Origin: Octopus vulgaris
Taxonomy: Eukaryota
NCBI GenBank assembly: GCA_951406725.2
Contig: OX597819.1
Coordinates: forward strand, 108,996,001 to 109,060,000
Length of the DNA stretch: 64,000 nucleotides
Reading direction: 5' to 3'
The translations under genes and the position numbers were made by a program. The notes beneath the pieces were generated by a model. That model saw only the letters and a list, made by a program, of their open reading frames with translations, did not search any database and was not told the origin of the DNA. Positions 1-12,786 of this stretch are shown one piece after another. Numbering within the stretch: the stretch's first letter is position 1; the number at the start of each line of letters is the position of its first letter.

Positions 1-202
1 AACGTTAGCACGCCGGGCGAAATGCGTAGCCGTATCTCGTCTGCTGTTACGTTCTGAGTTCAAATTCCGCCGAGGTCGACTTTACCTTTCATCCTTTCGG
101 GGTCGATAAATTAAGTACCAGTTACGCACTGGAGTCGATGTAATCGACTTCATCCGTTTGTCTCCTCTGTGTTTAGCTCCTTGTGGGTAGTAAAGAAATA
201 GG
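1..202 (+). mobile_element. tRNA-derived SINE family A (5' end cut by the window edge)
   Basis: B-box-like GAGTTCAAATTCC and the central domain CCGAGGTCGACTTT.CCTTTCATCCTTTCGGGGTCGATAAA..AAGTACCAG. The same sequence recurs at ~1826, 15195, 24805, 28055, 29985, 44645 and 46086(-). Confidence 0.85.
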
Positions 203-451
203 TATATGCCGGCTGTGTGAGCAACTGGTTGTTTTAATGGTGGAACAAACAGGGGAATTCTATTAGAAAAAGTTTTAATCGATTTTCTTGGTAACTATGG
301 GGTCTAGGAAAAAAATACAAACTGCATTCCAATCTATGCACCCGTCTTCACATGTGTGCCATTTTCCACTTGAATCTACCCTGACATTTGGCTGTGAACC
401 TCAAGACAAGAAAGAATACAACGATTGCCCATGTCCAATTTATATTATAGA

Positions 452-763
452 CTAGCTATTTTGACCCGTGCTTCGCACGGGTTTTCATGGTGATGTTGTT
501 TTGTGCGTGTTGTCTCCTTTTCCCTTTCTTCTTTTGTTCGTCTTCTTTGCCTTTCCCATATTCCTCACCATGGCAACCAAACGGTAGCCCCGAGCGACTT
601 GCAACCCTCCTCATACCATTGCCCACCCCATTTTACTCCCCAGTGTAAATTTTGGTGCCAATCCGACCCCATCAACCGCCCCTTAAACCTTTCCCATCCC
701 AAAATGAGACAAATAACCAAGAAATCAAACAACTTTTTCGCATTTCAGCTTTATAGATATTGA
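452..763 (-). mobile_element. Non-autonomous Helitron
   Basis: Minus strand has a 5' TC start at 763, a subterminal hairpin CCCGTGC-GAA-GCACGGG and a 3' CTAG end at 452. It is inserted between A and T with no TSD. Confidence 0.75.
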
Positions 764-1089
764 TAAGAAATTTACTTTATTGATGCATGACAATTCATAA
801 TCATTTGATATAAGCAATCTGTAAGTAACTTGTAGTTTATTTCTTTAGTTTTTTCAGTCATGGCCAAATGATTAAGTAGTTTCCTATGCAATGACATGAT
901 CTTGGGTTCAATTCTGTAGCATGGTATCTTTTACCACAACATTAGGTTGGCCTAAGCTTTGTGAATGAAAATAGATTGGCAGTAGCCTGTCTATCCAGTT
1001 TGAATCACTTGTATAGAAGTTCATCAAGTAGATTCAGAGGTACAGCATTATCACATACAGCATCAAGCTAATTCTGTCTGATGGTTACA

Positions 1090-1579
1090 TTAACTTTTGA
1101 TACCAATCCACCTGAAATTGCCCATGGGTTTTGTGATACAAACGTCCTGTTTTAACCCTTTAGCATTGTCAAATGTAATGTTTATTTATACACATTAATC
1201 ATCATCATCATCATCATCATTATCATCATCCTCACTTAATTTCTGGCTTCCATGGTGGCAATTAATCATACATTATCACATAGCTTCAAGATTTCAAAGA
1301 TGTGATTGCTTAGAATGGCATTGTTGGGTAGGTGTAAGAGGCCAGATTTTGACAGTTTGAACATAAAACAAGGAGAATATTTGGGCCAGATGTGGCCAGT
1401 TTAAAAGCTAAAGAGTTAAAATGATCTTAATTAAAACCTTCTTGCAAAATTTCATGTTAATTCAGGTTCCAAATACCAGCTTAATAATAATAAAATTATT
1501 TCAATAAATTCTTTATTATTTTCAAAATTAATGGAAAGAAAAACAGTAGTTCAACAAAAATATGATAACAAAGGGTTAA
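1090..1579. mobile_element. piggyBac-type MITE family 2, carrying a nested family 1 copy
   Basis: Ends TTAAC(C)TTTTGATACC...ATAACAAAGGGTTAA. Related copies lie at 35900-36122 (inverted) and from 63803. Confidence 0.7.
1152..1419. mobile_element. piggyBac-type MITE family 1
   Basis: Termini TTAA-CCCTTTAGC...GCTAAAG(A/G)G-TTAA. Copies at 37855-38083, 50996-51224, 57609-57835 and 61358-61574. Confidence 0.8.
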
Positions 1580-1962
1580 AGGTATCTTTGGAATACTCAG
1601 CCACTTAATTGTTAATTTAATTAGCAAGTAATTCACTTGATTGAACAACTGATTCCTCATAATCAAACAGAGATTCAGTCAATATTTACACCTGAGTTGT
1701 TGGCTCAGCACAGCATCTCCCTTTATTACAGCAGCAACCAATTGAATGATGACTACTATTATCTTCAATTATTGTACTTAATTATTTTTATTCATTTTAT
1801 AATGTCTAACATTGGCATCATTTTGGCGAGCTGGCAGAATCATTAGCATGCTAGGCAGGTATGTGTCCATCTTTATGTTCTGAGTTCAAATTCAACTTTG
1901 TCTTTCACCCTTTCAAGATCAATGAAATAAGTACCTGTTGAGCCCTAGAGTTGATATAATCA

Positions 1963-2204
1963 ACTTAACTAGTCCTAGGTAAGAGCATAAAAACAGCATC
2001 CGTCTGCCAAGCCATGTTGAGCCAGTGTGGCAGAGTAGGCTCATCAAACCAGTATGATCTCAAACTCAAATTCCCAGCCTCCACATCAGACTGTGGTTGG
2101 TGGAGAAAACATGATGAGGCCTTCGTCTTGCAGTGGACTGAACATAGGCAATCCAGTCCATTCCTCTCAGTACCACTTATACTCCTCCCCAATGTTCCAC
2201 CATC

Positions 2205-2280
<76 letters not shown>

Positions 2281-2679
2281 TAACTCTATCTCTCCTTCTC
2301 CTTTCTTTTCTTACTGGGGTAGCTAAGTATCTCTATCCCTCTATTATACTTTAACCTTTGAACTGCTTCAAAGCCACCTCCTTTGGTTCAACTCCCTCTC
2401 CCAGCTGAGAGGGTCACCAAGTAACTCACAAGTTACTTGGTGGCCCTGCTGCTACATAAAAAGCACCATGTACACTCTGCAAAGTGGTTGGCATTAGGAA
2501 GAGCTTCCCGACTTAACTAGTCCTGGGTAAGAGTATAAAAACAGCATCGCTCTCCCAAGCCATGTTGAGCCAGTGTGGCAGAGTAGGCTCATCAAACCAG
2601 TATGATCTCAAACTCAAATTCACAGCCTCCACATCAGACTGTGGTTGGTGGAGAGAACATGATGAGGCCTTTGTCTTGC
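1963..2679 (+). repeat. 169-bp direct repeat (1963-2131 and 2511-2679)
   Basis: Two near-identical copies offset by 548 bp. They produce the duplicated MLSQCGRVGSS ORFs in the track. Confidence 0.9.
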
Positions 2680-2882
2680 TAGGCAAACTGGACCTCTCCA
2701 GTTTGTCTAGCTCCAGTCAATTCTCACATGGGTTGGACAGTTTGACAGGAACTGATGGGCCAGAGGACTGCACCAAGCTCTACTGTCTGCTTTGACATGT
2801 TTCTATAGCTGGATGTCCTTCCTAACACCAACCATTTTACAGAGTGTACCAGGTGCTTTTTATGTGGCACACACAAATACAT

Positions 2883-2965
<83 letters not shown>

Positions 2966-3020
2966 CACATGCACACGTGAACACATATACTAACATACTT
3001 TGATTCTCTCTATATATATA

Positions 3021-3436
3021 TATGGATGCGAGACCTGGACACTAAAGAAAGCTGACCAGAAGAGAATTAATGCATTCGAGCTTTGGTGTTGGAGAAGACT
3101 TTTACGGATTCCATGGACAGCGAGGCTCACCAATGGAGAAGTTCTTAAGCAGATCAGGCCGAAAATGTTGCTAGAAGCTAGGATCACCAAGCATATATTG
3201 GCATATTTCGGTCATATTATGCGGAGAAAATCCCTGGAGAAGGACATCATGCTCGGAATGGTCAGTGGCAAGAGAGGAAGAGGCCGACCAAGAATCCGCT
3301 GGCTTGACACCATCAAGAGTGATATTGGAATGGACATAGCCAGTCTGAAAGAAGCGGCCCAGGATAGAACTGACTGGAGGACACTGATCCAATGAGTAAC
3401 CGAGAGTCGACTTCGACTGAGCGGATAGATAGATAT
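3021..3436 (+). mobile_element. RTE LINE 3' fragment, BovB-like
   Basis: YGCETWTLKKAD..RINAFELWCWRRLLRIPWTAR..YFGHIMRR.SLEKDIMLG..GKRGRGRPRIRWLD matches the BovB/RTE ORF C-terminus. It ends in a short (GATA)n tail. Confidence 0.9.
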
Positions 3437-3559
3437 GGAGGTGAAGTATATATTAGAAATATATACATATTTTTTTAAAATCTTTTAGTCAGTAGGACAA
3501 TCAGTGCCCATGATCTTTTGCAGGGACTCCAAAACAAAGGAAAGAGAAGGTGGAAAGGC

Positions 3560-4025
3560 CAGTGACATAGGCAATAGGGGAGCAAGGTGAGCAACCACTT
3601 CCACAGACAATTTTTAAAATTGGTGCCTTTCGGACAATTTTAACTCTTTAATTGGCCTGTGCAGTAAAAGTTGAATCTCTTTTTTTTTTTTTGTCTAATG
3701 CATGGCCTTTGAAGTGCTTTCAGGAGTCATTACTTTATTTGATCGACCTGTCATCTGTTGGTGGCTGCTCACATCTGAAGAACTAAAACAAACCCTGAAA
3801 TCATAACCTCTCATCACAGGACAATCCTAAGGAGTTTTATCATCTCTATGTCGCACCTATATCAATAGTTGCAAATTTTATGAGAATACAATTACATATT
3901 TTATAACTTATGAAATATTTTGCATAATATAAGAAAAATAAGTTAAAAATTGTTTGGTATGTGTCGTGGCACCTTTTTCTTTATGTGCATGCTCCTCCTA
4001 ACTTTAGAACCTGGCTACACAACTG
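3560..4025. mobile_element. hAT-type MITE
   Basis: CAGTG...CAACTG termini with an 8-bp TSD GGAAAGGC/GGAAAGAC (7/8 match). Confidence 0.6.
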
Positions 4026-4617
4026 GGAAAGACAAGCTCAAACCTCAAACCTGGCCTGAATCCTTACAACAAAGCGGCCTCTGCTAAAGTCATCCAGTGT
4101 ACCAAACAACAAAACTGGCAGTCATTAACACATGAGATAGAAATGCGTCACAGTATTTGTTCCAACTTTCTGCTTTCTGATTTCATAATCCTGTCAAGGT
4201 CGGCATTGCCTTTCATCCTTTTACGATCAATAAAAGCCATACCAAACCAGGGAGGAGCATTGGTGGAATTCAAAGAATATCAGAACAGATGACTATGGTG
4301 TTTGTTCTGGTTCATTGATTTCTGTGTTCAAATCCCAGTCACTTGGTTTAATGCCACCATATAGCATCAGTGAAACAAAAAAAATATTTCTGATCTCCCA
4401 GTTTGTTTACGTGTGCTTAAAGTATGTCCATATCAATAATAAATAGCATAAACAAAACATGGGTATTTGCTGTTATTTCATTGTTTATATGTATCTGTGA
4501 GTTTATGCATATATACAGCCATACATGTATACACATACATACATGTATGCACACATACACATATATTTATATATGCACATATACATGCATAATACATATA
4601 TTATATAATATATATAA

Positions 4618-4844
<227 letters not shown>

Positions 4845-5744
4845 AGCATGCATGCATACATTTTATTATTTTACCTGGTAGAAAGTTTTAAAATGAAACA
4901 AAACAATAAAATAATGAAAAAATAATAAAAGTATATGTACACATATATTGGAGTATTATTTTTTTCTGTTCATCCAAACCTATATGTGACTGTGAGTGTG
5001 TGTACTTGTGTGCATTATTGTGTGTATGCGTGTGCTTGTGTGTGTTAATGTGTGCACATGCATTGCTCAACAAGTGGTCACAATTATTGATAAGATTGCC
5101 ACCAATGAACATGAATTGGGCTCTGTAGAAGTAGACTTACCAATATACAAGAATTATTGAACTCACTTTCTGAAGACATAAATGATATTGATCTCATTAG
5201 TATTGATCAATAGCATGTATATGAAAAACCAAGACTCATGTACACAGACAAAAAAATACACCAAGAAGAGAAGAAATCTTTAGCACTACAGAAGAAATAA
5301 AGCAGCAAATTATGGATCTAGACTCAAATCTTGAAAATAACATGCAAGTTCTTGTAGCAATTGACAAAGCAAAGAATTGCGAAGGGAAAGAGTTTGAAGA
5401 CAATAGGAGGAAAGCAGATGAGTGTCCAGACTTCTTCAGATAAGTTTTTCTTGGAAAAGAATTAAATGTTTAAACAATAGATTTATGAATATATATTTGA
5501 TATCTTGCACTTGTTAATGAGAAGTCTAAAGTGAAAATATAGTTAAAAACACAGATTTCAAAAGAAAAAGATGTCTTGTAATATTTAATGAGTGCATTTA
5601 AATTTAATTGAGTCTATTTGTGGTGCACCTGAGCACTGTATACAATAATTTCATTATTATTATTATTTTTATTTCATTTACCAAAGCACTTTAAAAAGAT
5701 TAAATGACATACTAATTGAGGGACTCTTGTATGTATGTACATGT

Positions 5745-5752
5745 CTATCTAT

Positions 5753-5822
<70 letters not shown>

Positions 5823-5933
5823 ATCTATATATGAGTATGTATATATAAATATATATATATATACACACGCATACATATGCATACACACACACACATATAT
5901 ATATATACATACACATACATATTTGCATGCATG

Positions 5934-6006
<73 letters not shown>

Positions 6007-6235
6007 CTATATATACATATATACTTACATGTATGCATGTATGTAAGTATGTACGTGTATATATATGCATATATAGAATATTCAATCCATAATTGTTAGT
6101 CTGACAAAATAAATACACAACACCCCCTCACACACACATACACACACGTACACACACACGCACACAAACGTACACTTATACACACATATGCGCACGCACA
6201 CACATACGTGCAATACACACACATGTACAGACAAA
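5745..6235. repeat. (TCTA)n plus degenerate (TA/CA)n microsatellite block
   Basis: Directly visible. Confidence 0.9.
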
Positions 6236-6558
6236 TACAAAAATTGTTCTAATGTGAAGTGTCAACATAACAGTATCTGGTGTCTACTAACAACAACTAG
6301 GCGTACAGGAAAGACTAATTGAAATCTATTATATAAAGACAGCAAAGACTTCTTGTTTATTACTGGCAAAACTGTCTCACCACACCCACTCACCGCCATC
6401 ATGTTACATTCCTTTCTCTTCCTTCCCACATCATACACTCACGCATTGTATTATATATTTATATATACATATACACATATATATATATAAAATACATATA
6501 TATATATATACATATTCATATATTTATTGATAAATACACATACATATATGTGTGTGTG

Positions 6559-7105
6559 TCATCATCATCATCATCATCGATTAACGTTCATTTTCTATGC
6601 TGGCATGGGTTCGATGGTTTGACTGAGGTCTGGAGAGCCAGCAGCTGCACCAGGCCCCAGACTGGTCTGGCAGGCTTTCTACAGCTGGATGCCCTTCCTA
6701 AAGCCAATCACTCTGAGAGTGTAGTGGGTGCTTTGTACGTGCCGCTGGCACAGGGGCCAGTGGGGCAGGCATGGCAACGATCACATTTGGATGGTGCTTT
6801 TTACATGCGACTGACACAGGAGCCAATCAGGGGGTACTGGCGTCGGTCACGATTAATTAGTACTTTTTATGTGCCACTGGCACCAGAGCCAGCAAGGCAG
6901 ACCTGGCTACAAACACGTTCGGATGGTGCTTTTTATGCGCCACCAGCACCAAATCCAGTCCGGCAGACCTTCCATCAACTACGTTCAGATGGTACTTTTT
7001 ACATGCCATTGGCACAGGAGCAAGTCAAGGGGCACCACCCCCAGCTACAATATTGGTTTTACTTGACTCAACAGGTCTTCTCAAGCATATCATATCACCC
7101 GACGC
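6559..7105 (-). mobile_element. RTE family B 3' UTR with five 66-bp subrepeats and a (GAT)n tail
   Basis: Same sequence follows the RTE ORF end at 26899-27475 and 12787-13398. Conserved motif TGGTTGGC.TTAGGAAGGGCATCCAGCTGTAGAAA. Confidence 0.85.
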
Positions 7106-7144
7106 ATCAGGAGTATTCTTAAGAGGGCTGGACGTGTGTGTGTG

Positions 7145-7197
<53 letters not shown>

Positions 7198-7278
7198 ATA
7201 TATATATACACATATATATATACACACACACACATGTATATATATGTATATGTGTGTATGTGTATGTATATACATATA

Positions 7279-7602
7279 TCATCATCATCATCATCATCGT
7301 TTAACGTCTGTTTTCTATGCTGGCATGGGTTGGACAGTTTGACTGAGGTCTGGAAAGCCAGCAGCTGTACCAGGCTCCAATCTGATCTACAGCTTCTTTC
7401 TACAGCTTGATGCCCTTCCTAATGCCAACCACTCTGAGAGTGTAGTGGATGCATTTTACACGCCACCAGCACAGGAGTCAGTCAGGTGGGCCTGGCATCG
7501 ATCACGTTGGGATAGCGCTTTTTATGTGCCACCACCAGGGGAGCCAGTCAGGGGGCACTGGCATCGGCCACGTTCGAATGGTGCTTTTTACGTACCACTG
7601 GC
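7279..7602 (-). mobile_element. RTE family B 3' UTR (three subrepeats)
   Basis: Homologous to 6559-7105, with a (CAT)n tail on the + strand. Confidence 0.85.
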
Positions 7603-7810
7603 TTTTGGTTCAATTTAATTGATTACACACACCACCCACCTACATATGCAATCTTGTGTCTATATATATATATGTATATTTAGAGCTCTATAACTTAAGA
7701 GTATGTTTTTCTTTCAGATTATGATTTACTGATAATATATGTGTGTGTGTGTGTGTGTGTATGTGTGTTGGTTGTCTACTCCTTATACAGAGTTTGACCA
7801 CCTTTTGTAC

Positions 7811-7993
7811 TTACACCTTAGATCTACCAAGTCTGATGTGACTTTTTAAACCAGATGTTTTGAAAAGACACCAACATAAATTGCATATCTGCTGTTGACC
7901 ACCAAGAGCTGCAATTAAGTTTTGATTTTTGCAGATCTTAAAATGTCCTTTGAGGTTTCCGTTGGATTTGCAGACCTTATGGCATATATACAT
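7811..7993 (-). pseudogene. Degenerate paired C2H2-like zinc fingers, probably a LINE C-terminal remnant
   Basis: YICHKVCKSNGNLKGHFKIC...CNLCWCLFKTSGLKSHIR. No TGEKP linkers. Confidence 0.45.
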
Positions 7994-8052
7994 ATAACTC
8001 AGAGTGTGCTTCTCTTTCGGATATATGATTTACTGGCAATGTGGAGGTGGGG

Positions 8053-9335
8053 GGCACAGGACATCACAGAACATAAACAACATAGGATACGAAAACATGA
8101 ATTACGAAATACGAATACATGGAATATGAACTTTGTTTGGCAAACAACGAAAAAACAAATGGAAACAAGACAAGCAACACAAAAAAACGACCCTTCATAT
8201 ATGTCTGTACATATACATATGTATATATGCATATATATATTATTTATATTATTATATGATTGAATGCCATGCATCCCTTTCCAATTAAGTTTTATCTTAA
8301 TAATTCTGATGCAACACTTCCATTCTATTCTATTCTATTACTCTTTCGTTTACTCTCTTCCTATCTCTAATTCTTTTTATCTCCCCTTCTCCCCTCTCGT
8401 TTTTTCTCTTTTATCCTTCTTCTCATTCTTTTCCTCTCCCCTTTGCTGTTCTCTATCTGTCACTCTCTCGCTCCCTCACTTTTCCTCCTTTGCTCTCTCA
8501 TTGCTCTCACGTGACCATCGGTCATCTTTCTTTCTTTTCCTAACTTGTGTTTCTTTCCTTCTGATTCAGCTGGAGGGATTACATACATTCTTGTCTGTCT
8601 CCTGTCCAAGCTTACTCCTCTGCGTTCACCACCTCAACTCGGTTAGGCTTAGCAGCCCTTCCTGTTTGTTTTCACTGTCCCGTGCCGGTGGCACATAAAA
8701 AGCACCATCCGTTCGTGGCCGTTTGCCAGCTCTGTCTGGCACCTGTGCGGGTGGCATGTAAAAAGCACCCACTACACTCACGGAGTGGTTGGCGTTAGGA
8801 AGGTCATCCGGCCGTAGAAACACTGCCAGATTTGACTGGGCCTGATGAAGCCTTCTGGCTTCACAGACCCCAGTAGAACCGTCCAACCCATGCTAGCATG
8901 GAAAGCGGACGCTAAACGATGATGATGATGATGATGATGATGTTTTTATTACCAATTTTGACCCTCCACAAAATCTCAAATTTTATTTAACTTGCTTTGC
9001 AGGAGCAACTGTTTTATCGAAGGCGTATCTTGTTGTGAATTGCTCAAAATACGGATTTAAAAAACAGATTTACAACTAATGAAGTGTCATTCTTTGTGTT
9101 GTTTGTCTTGCTTTCCATTTGTTTCTTTCATTGTTTGCAAAAAATGTTCATATTCCATGTATTCATATTTCATATTTCGTAATTTATCTTTTCCTATTTT
9201 ATGTTGCTTATGTTTTGTGATGTTCTGTGCCCACATATGCATATGTATATACATATATATGTATGTACATATATGTATGTATATATGCATATATATGTTA
9301 TTTATATCATTATATAATTAAATGCCACGCACCCC
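8053..9335. mobile_element. Penelope-like non-autonomous element with inverted plus direct terminal segments
   Basis: 8053-8195 is the reverse complement of ~9082-9232, and ~8200-8280 is directly repeated at ~9262-9335. An RTE-B tail is nested at 8680-8943. Confidence 0.45.
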
Positions 9336-9829
9336 TTACATAAAAATATCTTGAAATACTAAAGAGTAAATTTATTCATTAAAATTGCCATTGGCTTCAA
9401 CTACTGCCTCCAGACAACTTTGAAAGGTTGAACAGGGGACCTATGCTTGCAGTCATGGTGGAGTATGCAGGTATGAAAGAATGTACTTCCTTTCATGTGG
9501 GCAAGGATTAAACACCTCACTCTTGTTATTCAGGTAAACATCCAGGCATTAGGCACCTTTTAAAATGATATATGCATGCACATGTATGCATATATAATTA
9601 TATAACTACACACACATACTTTAATACATACACATACACACGCATATTTAAATAGTTGTCTCAATACATCTTTTTATTTTGTCACAAATCTTTGACAAAT
9701 TACAAAGGTGTATTGAAACAGCTGTACATTTGCAAGTAATTGCATTAATAAAATATATATGCAATCTACATACATAATGTATTGGGATTGGTATTTTGCT
9801 ATGATCTCCACCGTATTTTATTACAAACC

Positions 9830-9870
<41 letters not shown>

Positions 9871-10439
9871 GGTTGTATGTGTAAGGTCTCTGTTAGTCAA
9901 TGTCAACAATGCATCTGCATATATATGTGCAAGCCTGGACAAGATTTTTTTTATAGAAGATCAGCAGCTGCCTGTGCATGCAAATCTCCCCTTTACATCA
10001 TTGATGTTTATCCAAAGGAAAGGCCATTGATTTGGTTTGATACAGCTTAGTATTAGTTATCATTTTTGTCAAGACACAAAAAATCTAGGACAGCTTCAGG
10101 ACAGATTCTGGAAGGTACTTAGTCTGACCCTTTAAACTGTACCACCAATCCATTACCCTGTATTGGTACTTTTATTTGTGCTTACAAAAAAACAAAAGAC
10201 AAATTTGTCTTCAGTAGGATTAGAACTTACAACTCAGAGAGTTAGAACATATACCACATAGCATTCTTCCCAACACTCACTCCTTACCTTTTTTTGCCTT
10301 GCTTTTTACATCATGCTATTACTCCCTTTTTTCTTCCATCCAACCATCCAACCATCCAGGCCCTTTTAATGTCCTCACTCTTTCTTCTTGGTCATCTGAG
10401 CAAATATATATGCTTTAGGTTATTTATCTTTTATCATTA

Positions 10440-10908
10440 CTCTTATATCTTTTACTTGTTTTAGTCATTTAACTATGGTCATAACAGGACACCACCTTGA
10501 AAAGCTTCATCAAACAAATCAATTGGTACTTTTTCTATCAGTTCTCTTTTTGCAGAACCACTAAGTTCTTCATCATCATCCTTCAACCAGCCTATGGTTG
10601 GTCGGAACTCCATTGACAATCCCTTTCCACACTACACAGTACTGCATTGCTGTGTTCAGATCCACTAAGTTACAGGAACATAAACAAACCAATACTGGTT
10701 ATCAAGTGATGGTGGGGGACAAATACAAACACAAAGATAGACACACACACATATACATACATACATTTCAATTTACATCTTACCAAATCCACTCACAATA
10801 CTTTAGTTGGCCTGGAGATATAGCAGAAGACACTTGCCCAAGGGCCATGCAGTGGGATTGAAACCAAAACCATGTGGCTGGAAAGCAAGCTTCTTACCAC
10901 ACAGCCAT
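10440..10908 (-). mobile_element. CORE-like SINE family D with a nested 94-bp RTE tail
   Basis: Homologous to 14238-14652. The insert at 10568-10661 is flanked by the TSD CCACTAAGTT (10558-10567, 10662-10671). Confidence 0.8.
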
Positions 10909-11225
10909 GTTTGTCCCCTTTGTTTACGCATGGTACCTATTTACTCCCCGCACCCACATCCTTGCTGTTGGCACTACACACACTCACACTGCCCTCTTTC
11001 CCACCCTGGTCTACATATCTAAACTCTGAATGATCTCTACATTTCCTTGCACATAGGACATTACTCCTCCAGTACTGATATCAGCCACCAATCCAAAATA
11101 AATAAAGAGTAAATTAAAAAGCACCTAAGTAAAGTGATTAACCAGCAGTAAAGTGACTAGCAAAATGAGCAGAGAAAGCATAGGGTGCTGAAGTCCACTT
11201 TCATTCAACCTCTATAGTGTTAGTT

Positions 11226-11261
<36 letters not shown>

Positions 11262-11720
11262 GTCATTTAACGTCTGCTTTCTATGCTAGCATGGGTTGGA
11301 CGATTTGACTGAGAACTGGGAAACCAGATGGTTGTACCAGGCTCCAATCTGATCTGGCAGAGTTTCTACAGCTTGATGCCCTTCCTAATGCCAACCACTC
11401 CAAGAGTGTAGTAGGCGCTTTTACATGCCACCAGCACGAGGGCCAGTCAGGCGGTACTGGCAATGGCCATGCTCAAATGGTGTTTTTTATGTGCCACCTG
11501 CACAGGAGCCAGTCCAGCAGCACTGGCTACAACCATGCTCGAATGTTTTTTTCACATGCCACTAGCACAAGTGCTAGTAAGGCAATGGTGGTAATGATCA
11601 CACTCGAATGGTGCTTTTTACGTGCCACCAGCACGGAAGCCAGTCAACTGCTCTGTCAACGATCATGCTCGGATAGTGCTCTTAGCGCTCCACGAGCATG
11701 GATGCCAGTCATCGAATTTT
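11226..11720 (-). mobile_element. RTE family B 3' UTR
   Basis: (CAT)n tail, the conserved family motif and about 4-5 subrepeats. Confidence 0.85.
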
Positions 11721-11912
11721 ATTTCGAATCCAGTACACTCTGTAAAATGGTTGGTAACAGCAAAGGCATCCAGCTATAAAACCCAAGCCGTGTGATATGT
11801 ATGAGTAGCTGGCTATGAAAGCAGCAGCTCCCAGTGAAGGCTCAGACTGTGATAACCCATCCAACCAATGCCAGCATGGAAAGCAGATGTAAAAGGGATG
11901 ATGGTGAAGAAG

Positions 11913-11971
<59 letters not shown>

Positions 11972-12071
11972 TGAGTGTGTGAGTGTGTGTAAACACACAT
12001 ATGTATATGTGTATGTATGTACATGTAGGAATATACAGTTATATATATGTGTATGTGAGTGTGTACATATA

Positions 12072-12123
<52 letters not shown>

Positions 12124-12167
12124 CTATATTAAATCTCTGAACAAGATGTAAACAGTAGCAATATGGA

Positions 12168-12786
12168 ATCATAACATATAATTGCCAACTACATGTAGCA
12201 TCCTATACGGGACAGTGCTACTGGCGTTTATAGCCCCAGGAAGACATCTCTTCCAGCTGGCTAATGACACACATTCTGTGTCCAATTAGTATTTACGAGG
12301 GCAAGCCATTGCTCCCATCCCTAGCCTTATGTAATACACATGGACTCAAGTTTCTGGGTCATTACCCGTCCTTAGCATGTGTTAATCACCAGCTAGTGAT
12401 GAAAGCTCACCCCAATTATATGTTACGATTCCATGTTGCTACTGTTTACATCTTGATCAGAGATTTAATATAGCTTATTTCCCCGTTTTCGAGATCAGCA
12501 ATGGTTTGTCACTGGAAAAAGCATATAGTATTTTGCAAGTGGGGTAGGTTTTCATCATTATATGGTGAGTAACACATGCTGAGGATGGGTAACCACCCAG
12601 AAACTCAAGTCCATGTGTATCACGTAAGGCTAGGGATGAGAGTGATGACCTCCCCTTGCAAATGCTAATTGGACACAGAATGTGTGTTGTTAGCCATCTG
12701 GAAGAGATGTCTTCCTGGGGCTATAAATGCCAGTAGAACTGTCCTGTATAGAACATCACACTTGGTTGGCAATTATATGTTATGAT
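12168..12786. mobile_element. Fold-back/MITE element with ~245-bp inverted arms
   Basis: ATCATAACATATAATTGCCAAC...GTTGGCAATTATATGTTATGAT. Arms are ~12168-12413 and ~12540-12786. Confidence 0.85.

Noticed and set aside
6727-7050. CRISPR-like array (palindromic ~25-bp repeats at constant spacing)
   Set aside because: The apparent spacers are homologous to one another, the repeats are degenerate, there are no cas genes, and the array is part of a eukaryotic LINE 3' UTR.
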